From NCBI RefSeq assembly GCF_022539665.2, contig NC_081333.1:3410001-3474000 (forward strand): a stretch of DNA of 64,000 nt, given 5' to 3'. The translations under genes were made by a program, and so were the position numbers. Origin of the DNA: Daphnia carinata. Taxonomy: Eukaryota. The notes beneath the pieces were generated by a model, which saw only the letters and a program-made list of their open reading frames with translations, made no database searches and was not told the origin of the DNA. Below are positions 1 through 15,535 of the stretch, piece after piece (the stretch's first letter is position 1; each line of letters begins with the position of its first letter).

Positions 1-60
1 ACATTAGAAAAATAAAAGGATTAAAACTTTAAAAAGACAAAAATTTGCTCATATAGTACG

Positions 61-289
61 TGTAGCCAGCCATAATGACACACGGATCATCAGTCAATGG
101 CCAATCCTTCAAAAGATAGCAAAAAACTGGGCTAGCTGCAGCCAAGACTCCTTTATTGGCCCGTATTTTTCTTCCGTTACAATGCAGTGTCACATCAGCA
201 AACAATTCTTTCTGTAAACAATCATATAATCCTCTTTCAATACAGAGACCACGTCCTTTAGCTCGAATTAACACTCTTGTGCTTTTCAT
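61..289 (-). CDS. BTB/POZ-domain protein, first coding exon (gene continues off the left edge)
   Basis: The translation LFADVTLHCNGRKIRANKGVLAAASPVF is the canonical BTB N-terminal motif (DVTL...hhAH+.VLAA.S..F). A probable donor lies near 60. Confidence 0.75.
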
Positions 290-1164
290 TTTGCAGATTT
301 ATCCTAAACAAAAAAAAAAGAAAAACTTGTTAATCTTAAACATTTAAACTAGCTGGTTCATCAAAGAAAATCTGATGATGCAGATAACAAAACTAAACTG
401 CTGAAGCAAAAAAAAAAAAAGTATAACATATAAATATGTATATCTATCTAATTCGTTATTCTGGGAGAAGACGTTTCTATCGAGAATGTTTTAAAATCTC
501 AAATCGGTACACGTTCACCGAGCATGTAGACATTGCCCTGGGAAGGTCGACTACCAACATTTTACATTTCTTAAAAAGCACCTTATTTATTTTTTTCTAA
601 ATGACGGAACACCCAATCCTTAAACGGAATAACCCACCTTAACGAAGGAAATATACAATCGATGTATTATGATTTGCAACGGATCTGCCACGTTTCAAAA
701 AATGATAAATTAGAAATGTCCAGGATCCCAGGTAAAGGATGTAGTGAACGTAATGAATTGAGGAAATAGATGTCAAAGGCGGCGAAATCTACAACTTGAT
801 TCTATTTAACGCCTTGTACGAATAAACAGGACCCTGAAAAAGATTCAATAAAAAGAACCCTAAACAGAAAGCTTCGTCAGCGCCACCAACTTCATTTTCT
901 ATGGTACTCTTATTGTTGCGTTTTGAATCTAAGAACTACGATATGATCTCCTCATCATTATTTCTATGGTTGCTCTGTTGATCTCAGTTTTTCAACAGTT
1001 CTTCGTTTTTAGGAAGCCATCAGGCAAATCTTTACCTTTTTAAAATGATTCAACCACATTCGATGGGGATTCGTTAAAGGCCGAAAATGTAACACCAGCT
1101 GATGTGAAAATTGGATGATTTGAACGTAATTGACGAAGTGCTAACTGGATTAAAAGAACCACTG

Positions 1165-2670
1165 ATGAAGTCGTGTGAAATAGAAATGGAGCCTGCATTG
1201 CCTGATACACTGATTGTGCGCCGTCTACCGGAATGTCTAACAGAGCGAGATTTGAACGGTCTGTTCCAATTTTTTGGTGCCCAAACAGTGAAAAAAGAAG
1301 AACCAAAAGGAAGACAGAGGAGTAGCACCATTATTGTCAAGTAATGGAAAAATATTCCTCATGTAATAAGAATGATCATCTAAAGTTTTCTATTTCCTAA
1401 CAATTTTAAGGTTCAGCTCACATGAAGATGCTTCATATGCATTAACTCGCTTGCACCAGCTACTAGTCTTGGGTAAAAGGATTGTTGCAGAATATGCAGA
1501 TTTCACAATCCTGCCAGACATACCACAGACTAATTCTCTACCAAAACAGCTTAAGGAGGAAAATTTTACAAAATACCCTCCTGCTAATGAACATGTAGTG
1601 AACAATATTGTGGCTGAATTGGCACGAAATGATGATTTCTATCAAAAAGTGCTGCAGCTTATGAAAAGTATGAACCTACCTCCCCCATTTATTCATACAT
1701 CAAACCAGCCTGTTACTATAGTGGAGCCATCAGATATTGAAGAAGTTGAAATGGAAGAGCTCTACAAAGAAGATACAGAAGAATCAGAATTGGAAACTGA
1801 TTTTACTATAACTGGTGACAAAGAAGTAATTCCTGAGATAAGTGTGAGGCGAAAAAAACGAAAACAATTGAAAAGAACAAACACACTTAAACTACTCACC
1901 AATCCAACAACTATTTCTACTAAAGTGAAGCCAGTATCCTCATCTGGTCAAACAGTCTCAGAAATATTTGAGCAGAACGCGTTAGCTTCGAACAAAAAAC
2001 TGGAATTCAAAATATCATCCGAAGTTCTTCAGGTTAACGATCAGCCATGCGATTCACAAAAAGATAATACAGGAAGTTTTGGAACATTTGCCCCGCTGCC
2101 TGCTAGCCCCAAAGAAAATGGGCAGCAAATACTGCTTTCGGAAAATCAGTCTGATGACGACAATTATGAATTCATTTCAAAAAGAAAACTTCAAATCAAC
2201 AGACTTCAAGAAGAAGGTTAAAACCATTCAAGCCTAGTAAATAAGCATAGTAATAGAATTATTTATTCACAGAAATGAAGCTACTTCCCGTTTTCAAGAA
2301 CTATTCGGCTGGAGTTCCTGGTTCACGGCTCTACGTGAAGAATTTAGCGAAAACCATTAAAGAATCCGATTTGAAGCACATCTTTGGTCGTTATGTCTTA
2401 TGGACTTCAGAAGAAGAACGCAACATGTAAGTTGCAAAGACAGGGCTTGAGGTGGCAATTCAGCAGTTGTTTATTTTTCTTTTATTTAGGTTCGATATTC
2501 GCCTTATGACTGAAGGTAGGATGAAAGGTCAGGCTTTTATCACCCTTCCAAATGTAGATCGAGCCAGAGAAGCCCTTAACGAGACGAATGGAGTTATGCT
2601 GCAAGGTAAGCCCCTTGTTGTTCATTTTGCTCGCTCAGCACAGACCAACATCTCCAGTGGTACCACTTGA
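1165..2670 (+). CDS. RNPC3: RNA-binding region-containing protein 3 (U11/U12 snRNP 65K), multi-exon
   Basis: N-terminal RRM (DTLIVRRLP...LHQLLVLGKRIVAEYA), then YPPANEHVVNNI...FYQKVLQLMKSMNLPPPF and EESELE, then a C-terminal RRM (RLYVKNLAK...FDIRLMTEGRMKGQAFITLP...VVHFARS). GT-AG introns join the ORF pieces. The start is either 1165 or 1186. Confidence 0.9.
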
Positions 2671-2814
2671 TCATCAGCAATTCGGTCAATTTATTTTTTG
2701 AGCAAATAAAAATAAAAAATGAAAAAAAAAAAAAATTTAACAAGTCATATCCGTATCGAGTAAAATTGCTACGATAATCGGAAACATACATTTTCTTGGA
2801 CGATCTGCAATATG

Positions 2815-5245
2815 TTAGGAAACGACGACGTAATTGGCCTTACAATACACTACGCAGAAAAAAAGACGTAAATAAACTTTTTAAGAATAAGGTTAATCAA
2901 AAACCATACCTATGAAATCGGAAACAAGGTCACTGTCACTGTCACCACGCATGGTCCCAGTAATTTCTTCATTTTCAACCATTGGCAAGAACAGTTGGAC
3001 AAATTCAGATGTATAGGGTGGAGCAATAGATTCGAGTACCTTAAATCATAATCAAAGCTGTTTCAAAACATCACTTAAAACCAATGCCAACTATGTTACC
3101 TCCGTTACAAAGTACCGAATCAGTGAAATATCGGTGTCACCTCTCTGCCAGCATTGTTTGATGTACTTGACGATAGGTACGACATAACCACGCGTCAAAA
3201 GATTGACCATACGATCAAGCAACATTTTACGCATTTCAAGTTGAACAAGAATCTCCAACTCGTCCTGTCTCGACTCAAAGAGCCGAACCAACAGGTCAAG
3301 AATGTTTGGGTGGAGTAAAGGATTTACTGCAGCTACTTCATCCAGTAGAGCCAGATGAACAGGAGTATGTTCAGTGCTCAGTTTAAAGTAGGAAGGTTCA
3401 AGCACAGTTGCTTCAACCCAGCGAAATACGCCCATGGAGACAACAGGAAAGCGGATGTATTGATACAGAGTTCCGAGCTCAGCTATCAGTTCAGTCGAGC
3501 CTTTTGCTGTGGTACATACTTGATGAGCCTTCTCAAGAGCCTTATGCCGAAATACTTGTTAGCTATGCAGAAACTTTTTAAAATAAAACAACATACCTGC
3601 ATCGTGGCTTTTAGTTCATCCCGATTGGTGTTCTTCCTTTGGTTCTTTTTATACACCTCAGCCACGCTAGCAGCGTAAGCGAGAAGATAATTGTATTTCG
3701 ACTTATGCTCAGGATTTAGCTTGACTCCAGGCTTGAACAAGGAATCAAGAAGTAACTCTAAAACATTTCAACGGATAAAAAATAAAAATTATAAAAATAA
3801 AAAATGCACAATACTGTCATACCCATGAACTGTGGTAAACGAATCAATTCCACAGGTGGGGGATCAGTTGCCGAATACAGTTTATATAAATTGGTAATGT
3901 CAGCGGGATTTAAAGCATTGCGAGATAACATTGAGGATAAGGCTTGACTGGCGCGTGGGTGTGCAGCTGAACCGTTAAGACCCATAATTATGGCTGTGAC
4001 GTTATGACCCCTGCGATGTTATGAAGAAGAATACTTTTCACAAGAATGTTCCATTACTTTTTAGGAAGTCGATGCAGAAATTTCGAATACTGACGATTGA
4101 ATCGCGTGACGGGTAATTTCTTGGGATAGCCTCTTGATTGATGGACCTCCTTTAGGTTCTTGTGACAAAACATTTAGCAGTACTTCGCTGTACACGAAGG
4201 TATGTTGACCATGACAAATCATCCGCTGAGAACGTTCAGAGTAGTATTAAAAATGTTTAAAATACTACAATCGATAAATTATACTTACAGCGCATTCTTG
4301 AATGTGCTTTTGTCTATCATCGTCATTGCTCTCGGAGTACTGGCCAACTGACGTCTTTAGAATCCTAGAAAACACTTCGATTTGCTGCGCAGCAGTAGAT
4401 ATACTGGTAATTTCGCCTTGAAATCCCGCATCTGATATCAACTGCGAGGTTGAAATAATTTAATTATTTACAAGCCAGTACACAGACGGTAGTTCTGATT
4501 TTGTACCTTAATTGTAAAATTCAACATAAGGCAGTCAGGGTACTCCTCAGCCAATTTATAAACTAGTGACCTCCAGGTAGGATGCTCAATCATTTCAGTC
4601 AACCAAGCAGGGGTCTAAATAAATAATTTAATAAAATTATTAACAAGGGAAAAAAATGTAGATTTACTGCTGTTTTTGTTTATTACTTCTCCCTCCTCAG
4701 TGAAAATAGTATCTGCTTTCTTGGGGTCAAACATTTTTATGATCATTTCCTTCAGATGGTTTTCAACCATTGATTGTACATCATTGATTGTTGCCCCAGC
4801 TAAAATGAGCCATTCTGCCATCAGATTAGCCATCTGGGCAGAGGCTGAGTAATTCTGGGAGAGAAGTTCGATAACATGGGCTGGACTACCACCAACTGTG
4901 AAGTATCTGTAAAAAGAGCTAAATTGAATATTTTTTTCTATGATTAAGCTATGATGTATTATCACCTCTTCAATTGATTGAAAATGCCTGGCTCCATGAT
5001 GTAGTCTTGCGTCTTGAACGTTTGGAGACATTCCTCCAAAACTTCAGCAGGATTTTCCATATAGGTGTCTTCATTGTCAGACTATGTGGCAATAAGACAT
5101 TCACAAATGATTGAAGAAATTCAATGTCGTTCAATTTCAAGGGATTTAACGATAATGAGAAAGCGAAACTTACATCTCCCATCTCCGACGACCCTCTCAT
5201 TCCCGAACTCTCTCCCCATTCTTGATTATCATAGCCATCGTCCAT
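2815..5245 (-). CDS. NELFCD: Negative elongation factor C/D (TH1-like), multi-exon
   Basis: Motifs [64 protein letters not shown] and VSDF are present. The last mini-exon [11 protein letters not shown] ends at TAA 2815-2817. Confidence 0.93.
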
Positions 5246-5583
5246 TTTCACGAAAAAATTTCAAGCAATCAGCAACTGTCTCATACAGCCCTTTAAGTCA
5301 AAAGCCCAAGAAAACTTGATGTGAAAAGGACGGGTTCAAATTATAACAACATCAGCGTCACGAGCACTGTTGTCATGATCACGAAGCTGAGCGTCTGCTA
5401 ATTTTGTACAAGCATTCTGCTACATAGCTAAACAGTTTGTAATATTTATGTATCTTGCACATGTCGAATATTTGACAAACCAGCCAAAGGTTTCAAGTTT
5501 GATATTGCTAGGTGAACAAAAAACATTTGTTCAAATTCAAGTTCTTTTATTCTTACCATATTCATAATACCAAGATTTTGACA

Positions 5584-6321
5584 ATGGAGTTCTTGCTGAG
5601 ACAATTCCAAACCAAGAATTTCCTTTCCATTTGCAAATGCCTTGAACCTGCATATAGTCATGCCACTTCTTGGACATCAAGCAATGGAATTTTGGGTAAA
5701 ACTTTGTTCCACACCTCAAACACAGTCACAATGCCATACACCCCACCAAACGGGCCCAGAAAATGGCCAATCTATAACAAAAAAATTTTCGCTCCACAGC
5801 TTCCTGGGGAGGAAAGAAGACCAGCTGTAAGTTTAAATTATTCTTATCCAGAAAATCACTTCATCAAATAATTTTTTTTGCAGTATGTCTGTCATATGAG
5901 AACAAACATCAAGTACAGCCCTTTTAAGATGTGGTATGTTGCATCAATGATACGAGGAATGTCTATTGATGAAGCCATCAAGCAGCTGACATTTGTAAAT
6001 AAGCAAGGAGCTGTCCATGTGAAAGAAGTCTTGCTGGAGGCCCAGAAGTTGGCTGTGGAGCAACACAATGTGGAGTTTAAAAGCAATTTATGGGTAGCAG
6101 AGTCATTTGCCACTAAGGGACTAGTGATGAAAGGTGTGCGGAGACATGCCAAAGGAAGAATTGGATTGGTGCATTACTTCCATACCCACTACTTTGTTCG
6201 ACTTGAAGAAGGTAGTCCACCTGAACATTTCTTCTTTAAGACTGCACCTAAGACAACAAAAACAATGCTGTCTGAATGGGTTGATGAAATGAGACAGAGG
6301 AGAATCCCTGGATCACTGTAA
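5584..6321 (+). CDS. mRpL22: Mitochondrial ribosomal protein L22 (uL22m), 2 exons
   Basis: WPIYNKKIFAPQ...RRPA|YVCHMRTNIKYSPFKMWYVASMIRGMSIDEAIKQL...HNVEFKSNLWVAESF...GVRRHAKGR...HYFVRLEEG. Confidence 0.93.
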
Positions 6322-7689
6322 TTCTTTGAGTGGTGGTTTTATAGTTCAATACATAAAGATATGCATACATTTTCCCAATGGATTATTATTATTACTATTC
6401 TTAATGTATTTCATTAGATATATGTGATGACAAGCTCAGTTTGCATAGTTGTTAATAGATGTCTTAATTATAGCTTCCATTAAAAGCTCATTAATAAATG
6501 CTAACAAAGACAACCATGTCACGAATTTTAGATGACTTCAAGTAAAAAAAAAACAAAAAAAAGATAATAATTTTTTTTTAAATAATAATAATAATGATGC
6601 ATGCATTGTTCAAATTGTACGCCGCGGCGCTTTTCGTTAACAATTACTCAAAAATACGACAGTATGGCAGCGGAAGTCGTGTTCCACTTTCGGCGTTAGT
6701 GAAAACTGATTATACTCGGCTTACCTTGTTTTGTGCGTACCAGAGTACATTTCCTCCTAACAGGTAAAATTTCGAATAAGCAAGTTACAAAAGAAATATT
6801 TTTGCATCAATCGCCGCCGGCCGTGAGAAATATACATTCGTATTTCTAACGCCACGTTGTGAAAAACGACAGTCCAGTAACAGCAACACCGTTATACGAC
6901 AGCAGGTAAAAATGAAAGATGAGTGCGAAAGTTACCTGCATAACTCCTTATAGCAAAATAATCACGTAAGATCGTCGTCATCTGTAATTCTCACAATTGT
7001 TTATGGTCATCGCAAATTTTAATTAAGATTTTCTAGAATTCATTTCATAATTAGATGGTTGATATATATAAAGTTTTTGTACATTCGAGTCATTTTTGTT
7101 ACTCGTTTTGCAACATAAGTCCCTCATACATAAATCAGGCCATGGGTGGAGGAGGGTCGGTGCGTCACAAAACGAATGGATGAGAGTCGCATTTTTTTTT
7201 GTCACCTTTTTGGTCACATCCCGATTATTGCCATCTGGTGAGTCGTGACAGTGTTGGCTTTTGTCAACTCGCATACGAATGATGCCCAACTGCATAACGA
7301 TAAGTGCTTCGACCAATTCAATCACAATTAATTGATCGAGACTAGAAATTTGTACGTCCAAGTGAAAAGTGAGGGCCATTGTTTTAACTCCTTCAAAATC
7401 TATTTATCTTTTTTTTTTTTTTTTTTATTACTATAAAATTTGATTTACATACCGGTGCGGACTCTTGTTTTACGACAGGATCAACTTCCGTGTGCTGGAT
7501 TGTCACGAGAGGAGCAAGGAAGTTGCGGAAAAATAGCGCAAGTTTGAACGTGCACAGCCTATAATAACATATACAATATACAAGACCGCACTGTCCGTGC
7601 TGTTTCCCGGTTACCAGAGCAACCCGTAGCTATTTACTCAAGTCGTGCCGAAAGGTTTGCCTTGTTCCTTGGTCTTCTATTCCGCTCGA

Positions 7690-10600
7690 ATGGCCGAACA
7701 GTGCAGCAGCAGCAGCAGTGACCTGATCGCCGCCGCCTCAGACGAAGGACAGTTGGTTGAATTGCTGGATCAAGAACAACATCCAGCCGTGGTCGACATC
7801 AAAGACAGTTTTCTTTCAAACATGGAAGCCTGTTTCAAAGCATTCGACAAAGACAAGTAAGCTAATTCTCATTGGATCCAGACATTATGCACGATTGTTC
7901 AGTATCGACCGATGACTGCCACAAATTTCGTTGGTTCTAAGCTAAGCTGCATACAATTTTATTCCTGGCCATTCAGACATTCAACTGCATCATCCTAAGC
8001 ACAATGTCATTGCAATCGCTTGTACCAAAACATCCCCTTGTTGACTCCTCCCGCTATTTTTAGCTAGCTGGCAGTTGCTAACGTAATATCTTAAGGCTGG
8101 TGAACTGGGTAGGTGCTCATTTGAGACCTGTGACCTTTAGCACGGTGTGAGTACAGGCATCAACTAGAGCAAACACGTTGCAAGTTTGAAGTGACAGGGA
8201 CCTTGTACGCTACAGCGTGTGCTTAAATTAGCTCACTCCGCATTTTTATGTCACTATATCCACTTTGTTACGGATTCCATAATCCATGTTTGCTAACGTA
8301 CAAGAATGGTAGGCGGCATAATACGGTGACGAAAACGGGCTATAAAGTAACCTCCCACAAACCCTTAAAAAAAAGTGCTGTCTGTAAATTAATGTCACGG
8401 TCACACGAGGCAGTCGTTGCAGTCGCGCCTCCTGAAAAATTTGACTAGTCCAAAGTTTCCTATGAACAGATCGATGTTGCGAATTTTTGATTTAAAATAA
8501 TATTAATAATAATAAATAAACTTAAGAATTTGCATCAAATGATATTTAGACAAGACCCGGTCTCTAGTTTTATTTCCGTGAGAACCAAACGGAAAAGAAA
8601 ACTGAATCCGGATAGTTTTCTTTGTGCAGCATTATCCAATCACGCAATCCTTCCATATGTATACCTACGACGCTAGCTCATCGAGGGACGTGCACAACTA
8701 GAATCCCGCGTTTATGTGTGGGCTCTCTCCCCCCCCCCCCCCCTTCCCGACTACTTCCTCTTGGATTTTCTTTGTGTCAGTGACTTGGTTGATGGTCACG
8801 AAACGATGACGTACACAATATTATCGATCCCACACTTCACACGTACAATGCTATTCCCATGCCTTGCGTTTTTATATCTAAAGTGCAAATATGCAAGATA
8901 TACATACGTTCAAATTACAAGCCGTGAATTGGCTTTTTACACCAGCCGGGCTAGTTTCGGGTCGGGTCGTGTGAAGGTCGATCCAAGCTAGCACTGACGT
9001 CACTAGTTTGAAAGTATTCCCTTTATCCAGTCTGTCATTCAATGCGTTTGTTGTTGCAGTGACGGTTTGATGACGCTGTCCGACTTTGCTGCCTTGTGTC
9101 GTACTCTCTTCCGTAATGAACAAGGAAAAGCTTATGCCATAGAGGATAGTCGATTGCAAGAAATGTTTGACGTCTTCGATCGAAACCAAGTACAAAAGAA
9201 AACAGAAAATGAAAATCGTGGCTAATTTTAATCACAAATTAATATTACCTTTTACAGGATGGATATGTGGATTTCCAAGAGTTTTCCTTCTGCTGGAAGC
9301 AATGGATTAAACCCGTAAGTCTATTTTGTTTTAAATCTTCAGTTCGATGCGCATTATTGAAACAGTCAGAGTTCCCACGTCTAGAACCTAAGTTTACAAA
9401 GAGAAATTGCAATCAAAAATTTAAAACTTAAAAAAAAACAAAACATGTAGTAACAAGTAATAGGTAAACTTCTAGAACTATAATTCCAATGTTATTATCA
9501 AAACGCAAACACTTAATCGATCATAGATAAGGGCCTGTTGGGGAACGTTCTAGACAACACGTCGTAGTAAATTGATCGATGAAACGGCCGAGCTTTTGTT
9601 GTGTTAGTGCAGCAGCACGAGGAAAGGGTCGTAAAAAAAATGACCTCGTGTATGTTTTAGATATTTTGAGACACGGGTAGTAAGCAAGAAAAAGAGGGCT
9701 ACTGTAGGGAGCGAGAAAACCTATCCGAAAAAAGAAACGCAACATTCACTGCATCGCGTGTCTTTTCAATTGGCCCGGCATGTTTATGCGATGTTGGAAA
9801 ACACGCGTACTACCACGACTGCCTGTCAGCCGTGGAACTCGGAACACACACACACACACACACATATATATATCTATATATAGAAGTACACTATATTATA
9901 AATAAATATAAAGGGCTACTCAATCACAAGTCGAAGTTAGCAACATTAAACAACAAGAAAACTTTTACTTTCTACATTCACGTTTGCAGCCCCGTGCACA
10001 CATTTCAGCAATATTGTGACCCGCTGACACGCGATTCAATCACTCATTCCGCCCACTGCCTCCCATTTCGGCCTTTCCATCTTACGCGCAATTTCGAAAA
10101 TTGTGATTGAAGAACCCCTTTATTTTTATTAAGTATAGGCAAAGACCAACCCTAAAAACTATTGGATGTAGCAAGATATCCTAACAGGCAATTTCTGAAA
10201 TCGATACTTCAAATAAATAGCTTCTTTTGTGTTGATTGGTGAATTTCTAGATTGTCCGCCCTATTAGCGCTTTGATCATAGTCGACGTTCAAAACGATTT
10301 CATTACTGGATCACTCTCCATATCTAACTGCCCCGCACAGCAGGTAAAACCGAAAACAAAACACGCACAAAAATAAAGCAATGCTTAACAATATAAATAT
10401 TATTACTTAAACAAAATAAATGCAGAACGGTCAAGACGTACTGAAACCCACCAATAAAATGCTGGAAACCGTACCATTTGAAGTGGTCTTCTACTCCCTT
10501 GATTGGCATCCCGAAAACCACGTTTCCTTCATCGAGAACGTCGGTAAACGTAAACTACATCCATCTAGCCAAGTACGTCAGCGCATTATAATTAGGTTGA

Positions 10601-11540
10601 GCTTGATTTTAAAAATGGAAAATTCGCATCCATCACACAAAATCGGTTGATACGACTAGTCAGGATTAGACTTGAATTTATTTTGTCCATTCATATCATT
10701 ACTAGCTGTTATTTATGTGCATGTTACCCACAGAAAAAGGCAGAGGAAGCCGTGCTATACGACACGGTAATATTTGAAGGACCTCCCTTGAACGAGCAAA
10801 AACTATGGCCGAAGCACTGCGTCCAAAATTCTTGGGGAGCAGAGCTCCACTCAGCCGTCAAGGTTTTCTTTATTTCACGCAATTTTAATCTAGAAAATGG
10901 GAGTATCAACTAAACTATCAAATCGTTTATAGGTAATGGACAACGGGATCTTTGTCCATAAAGGAGTTCATCCGGATATCGATTCGTATTCCGCTTTTTG
11001 GGATAACAACAAGATGTCCAAAACTCCATTGGCATCTCTATTGCAAAAAAAGAAAATTACTGACCTGTACGTTTGTGGATTAGCCTATGATGTTTGTGTC
11101 GGTAAGTAAAATATGGCGTTCGAATCAAGCAGACTGCGATGGTGAGACGAAAGCATCCAATGAATTGGTTATTTTTCAAGGAGCGACGGCCAACCATTCG
11201 TTGGAACATGGCTATCGAACGATTTTGGTGGATGATGCCAGTCGAGGCATATCGCTGGACGATATCCATCACACTCGTGATAGTCTAGCTGAGAAGAATG
11301 CCGTTGTCGTCCATTCTTCACAGGTCACTATGAAGAAAGAATCCGAAAATAAGCAAATTAAATTAAACATTTAATCTGTCATTTACCCAGGTGAAGGATA
11401 TGGTAGAGGGTCGTGATAGGAGGCCTGAGCTTGGGTACTTTCAAGCTATGCGTCTACGTCAGTTGCCACAAAATGGTGGAATTCGAGATCCCAGCCCTGA
11501 TGACGCCTCACCTCGCGATTCGGTCATCTTTCTAACTTAG
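7690..11540 (+). CDS. Naam: Nicotinamidase with N-terminal EF-hands (isochorismatase family), multi-exon
   Basis: EF-hand-like segments FDKD..DG and FDRNQDGYVDFQEF are followed by SALIIVDVQNDFITGSL, YSLDWHPENHVSF, LWPKHCVQNSWGAELH, KGVHPDIDSYSAFWDN, VCGLAYDVCVGAT and GRDRRPELG. Stop TAG at 11538-11540. Confidence 0.92.
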
Positions 11541-12783
11541 CCAGCCATTGCTTTACTGCTAAATTTTCTGATGATTTATCACAAATAAGTAAAAGATCTT
11601 CTTATTCATCTGTCAGATGAACCCTAAAAAGATTTTAATCATTATCTCAGCAAGCAATTCGATAGGATCTGCTTCAAAATAGTATCAGTTAACACCAGCA
11701 ATGTAATCTGCCACCTCAGATTTCATACCTCTATTGTTGATGAGGTCCCACACCTCATGTTTCACTTTCATTTCAAATTAAAATCTTCGTTGCAACTGGT
11801 AGATAATTTTCAGGCACTGTATGAAAGCATCATTTAATCCTTAATAGTCCGTCCTGTAAAATGTGAAAAAGTGATATTATTCATCCCCATTCATTGATTA
11901 GTTTTAAATGTAGGTTAAGATGCAATGTATTTTTTTTCATACCATGATGGGTCAGTTTACAGCTTGCCATCATTCCAATATGAACTATTGAGAACTTAAT
12001 AACACTAATCGCCAAGCCATGGCCAAGCTGTCCAGCCGTATGTTTACTAATGAATCAAATCCACTGAATTCAGGTTATGATATCTTTCGCACGTGGTTTG
12101 GGTGTTGCATAATACAAGTTTACTTATAACTACTACGTAAGCAGTTCAGTATGGTATGACATCAGTCTTGGGTACACGACCTTGGGCGCTCGATCTCCAC
12201 ATCTCCAATTTTGGTAGGTGCCATGGTCAATGAACTGCAGGAGACTAGTTGTCAGACTTTCTCTCATGTTACTACGCTAGATAATAACCACGTGGTTCTC
12301 GCATGCCATCCCTTGTGTGCATATTACGGAGTCGACTCTTCGTTTTTTTAAAAATTAGGTTTTTACGAGAAATGCATTACGAATTCAGACTATATGGCAA
12401 ATTAAATTTTAGATAATTATTACCTTTAAGAACTGTTTAAAATTAAAGATAGGAATTCAAAGATCTTACATTGAAAGCTTGCAGCAGTCTAGCAGCTCTA
12501 GCCCCCAACTGGATGCGACACTAAGGAGGTTGGACATACAAACCATTTTTGTTTACCTGTAAAAAAAAAGTGCTAAGCTTATCACGTACAATGTATAATT
12601 AGAAAATCAGTATATTCACATTGACTAAATACACGTATCTGAAGCCGCAAATCTTTCATAAAGCTAGATCATAATTTGAGAATCGACACCGGTCATATCA
12701 ACAGCCTGCAGCCTCCTCAAGACTGTAGACATTTTAACATATTAGAGCCACTACTGATTGGTAAGCAGGCGAGTGGACTCTCA

Positions 12784-14876
<2,093 letters not shown>

Positions 14877-15535
14877 AACAAAATAGTACAATTAGCACAC
14901 CGAACTTGAATCATTACATGATTTTTCGCTGTGGCCACCCTCGCTGGCACCACCCTCCTTTCTTCCCTTTTTGCAGTTTAGATACATTCCACACATTCAA
15001 TCATATTTTCCCTTTATTTTTTATTTTTTTTTATTACCTGTCTTAAGTGTGGTGACCGCGATATGCTATCTATCCGATAACTTTCAAGTTGAAAATGGAG
15101 CCCTTACCATACAGCCTTTCCCTTCTGTCCATCCATTTCTCCTGTTGCGATGAGCGCAGCCCCAATCTTCTTGTTAAAAAAGGTTAAGACAGACTTGTGC
15201 CATAGTAGTCACTTACCACTCCAGACACTCGTCGGTGTGCTTCGTGGCTTTTTGCATTTTCATTTTTCCTTTTTGATTTGGTCTTAAAACGGCATTTTAG
15301 CAGGTTTTAGATAGACCACCATTTCTCACTTTCTGTTCTGTTAAAAATCGTTGGCCACATTGTTTCCATTTAGAAAACAGTGGCAAAATTTGACTGATGA
15401 TCTGGAATTGTTTCACTGCACTTGTGATGAAATATATATGAAGCTAGCGAGGGTATTAAAAGAATCTTTCATTCACGTTGTATAGTTACGCAGCCGAAAT
15501 GGTAACTTTGAGGGTCAATACGAAAACAAATAAAA

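Noticed and set aside
2745..2760. ATATCC-GTATCG in the RNPC3 3' region, resembling a USSE (tandem U12 5' splice sites)
   Set aside because: Both copies lack the CTT extension and they abut directly; the match is too weak and lies beyond likely AATAAA signals.
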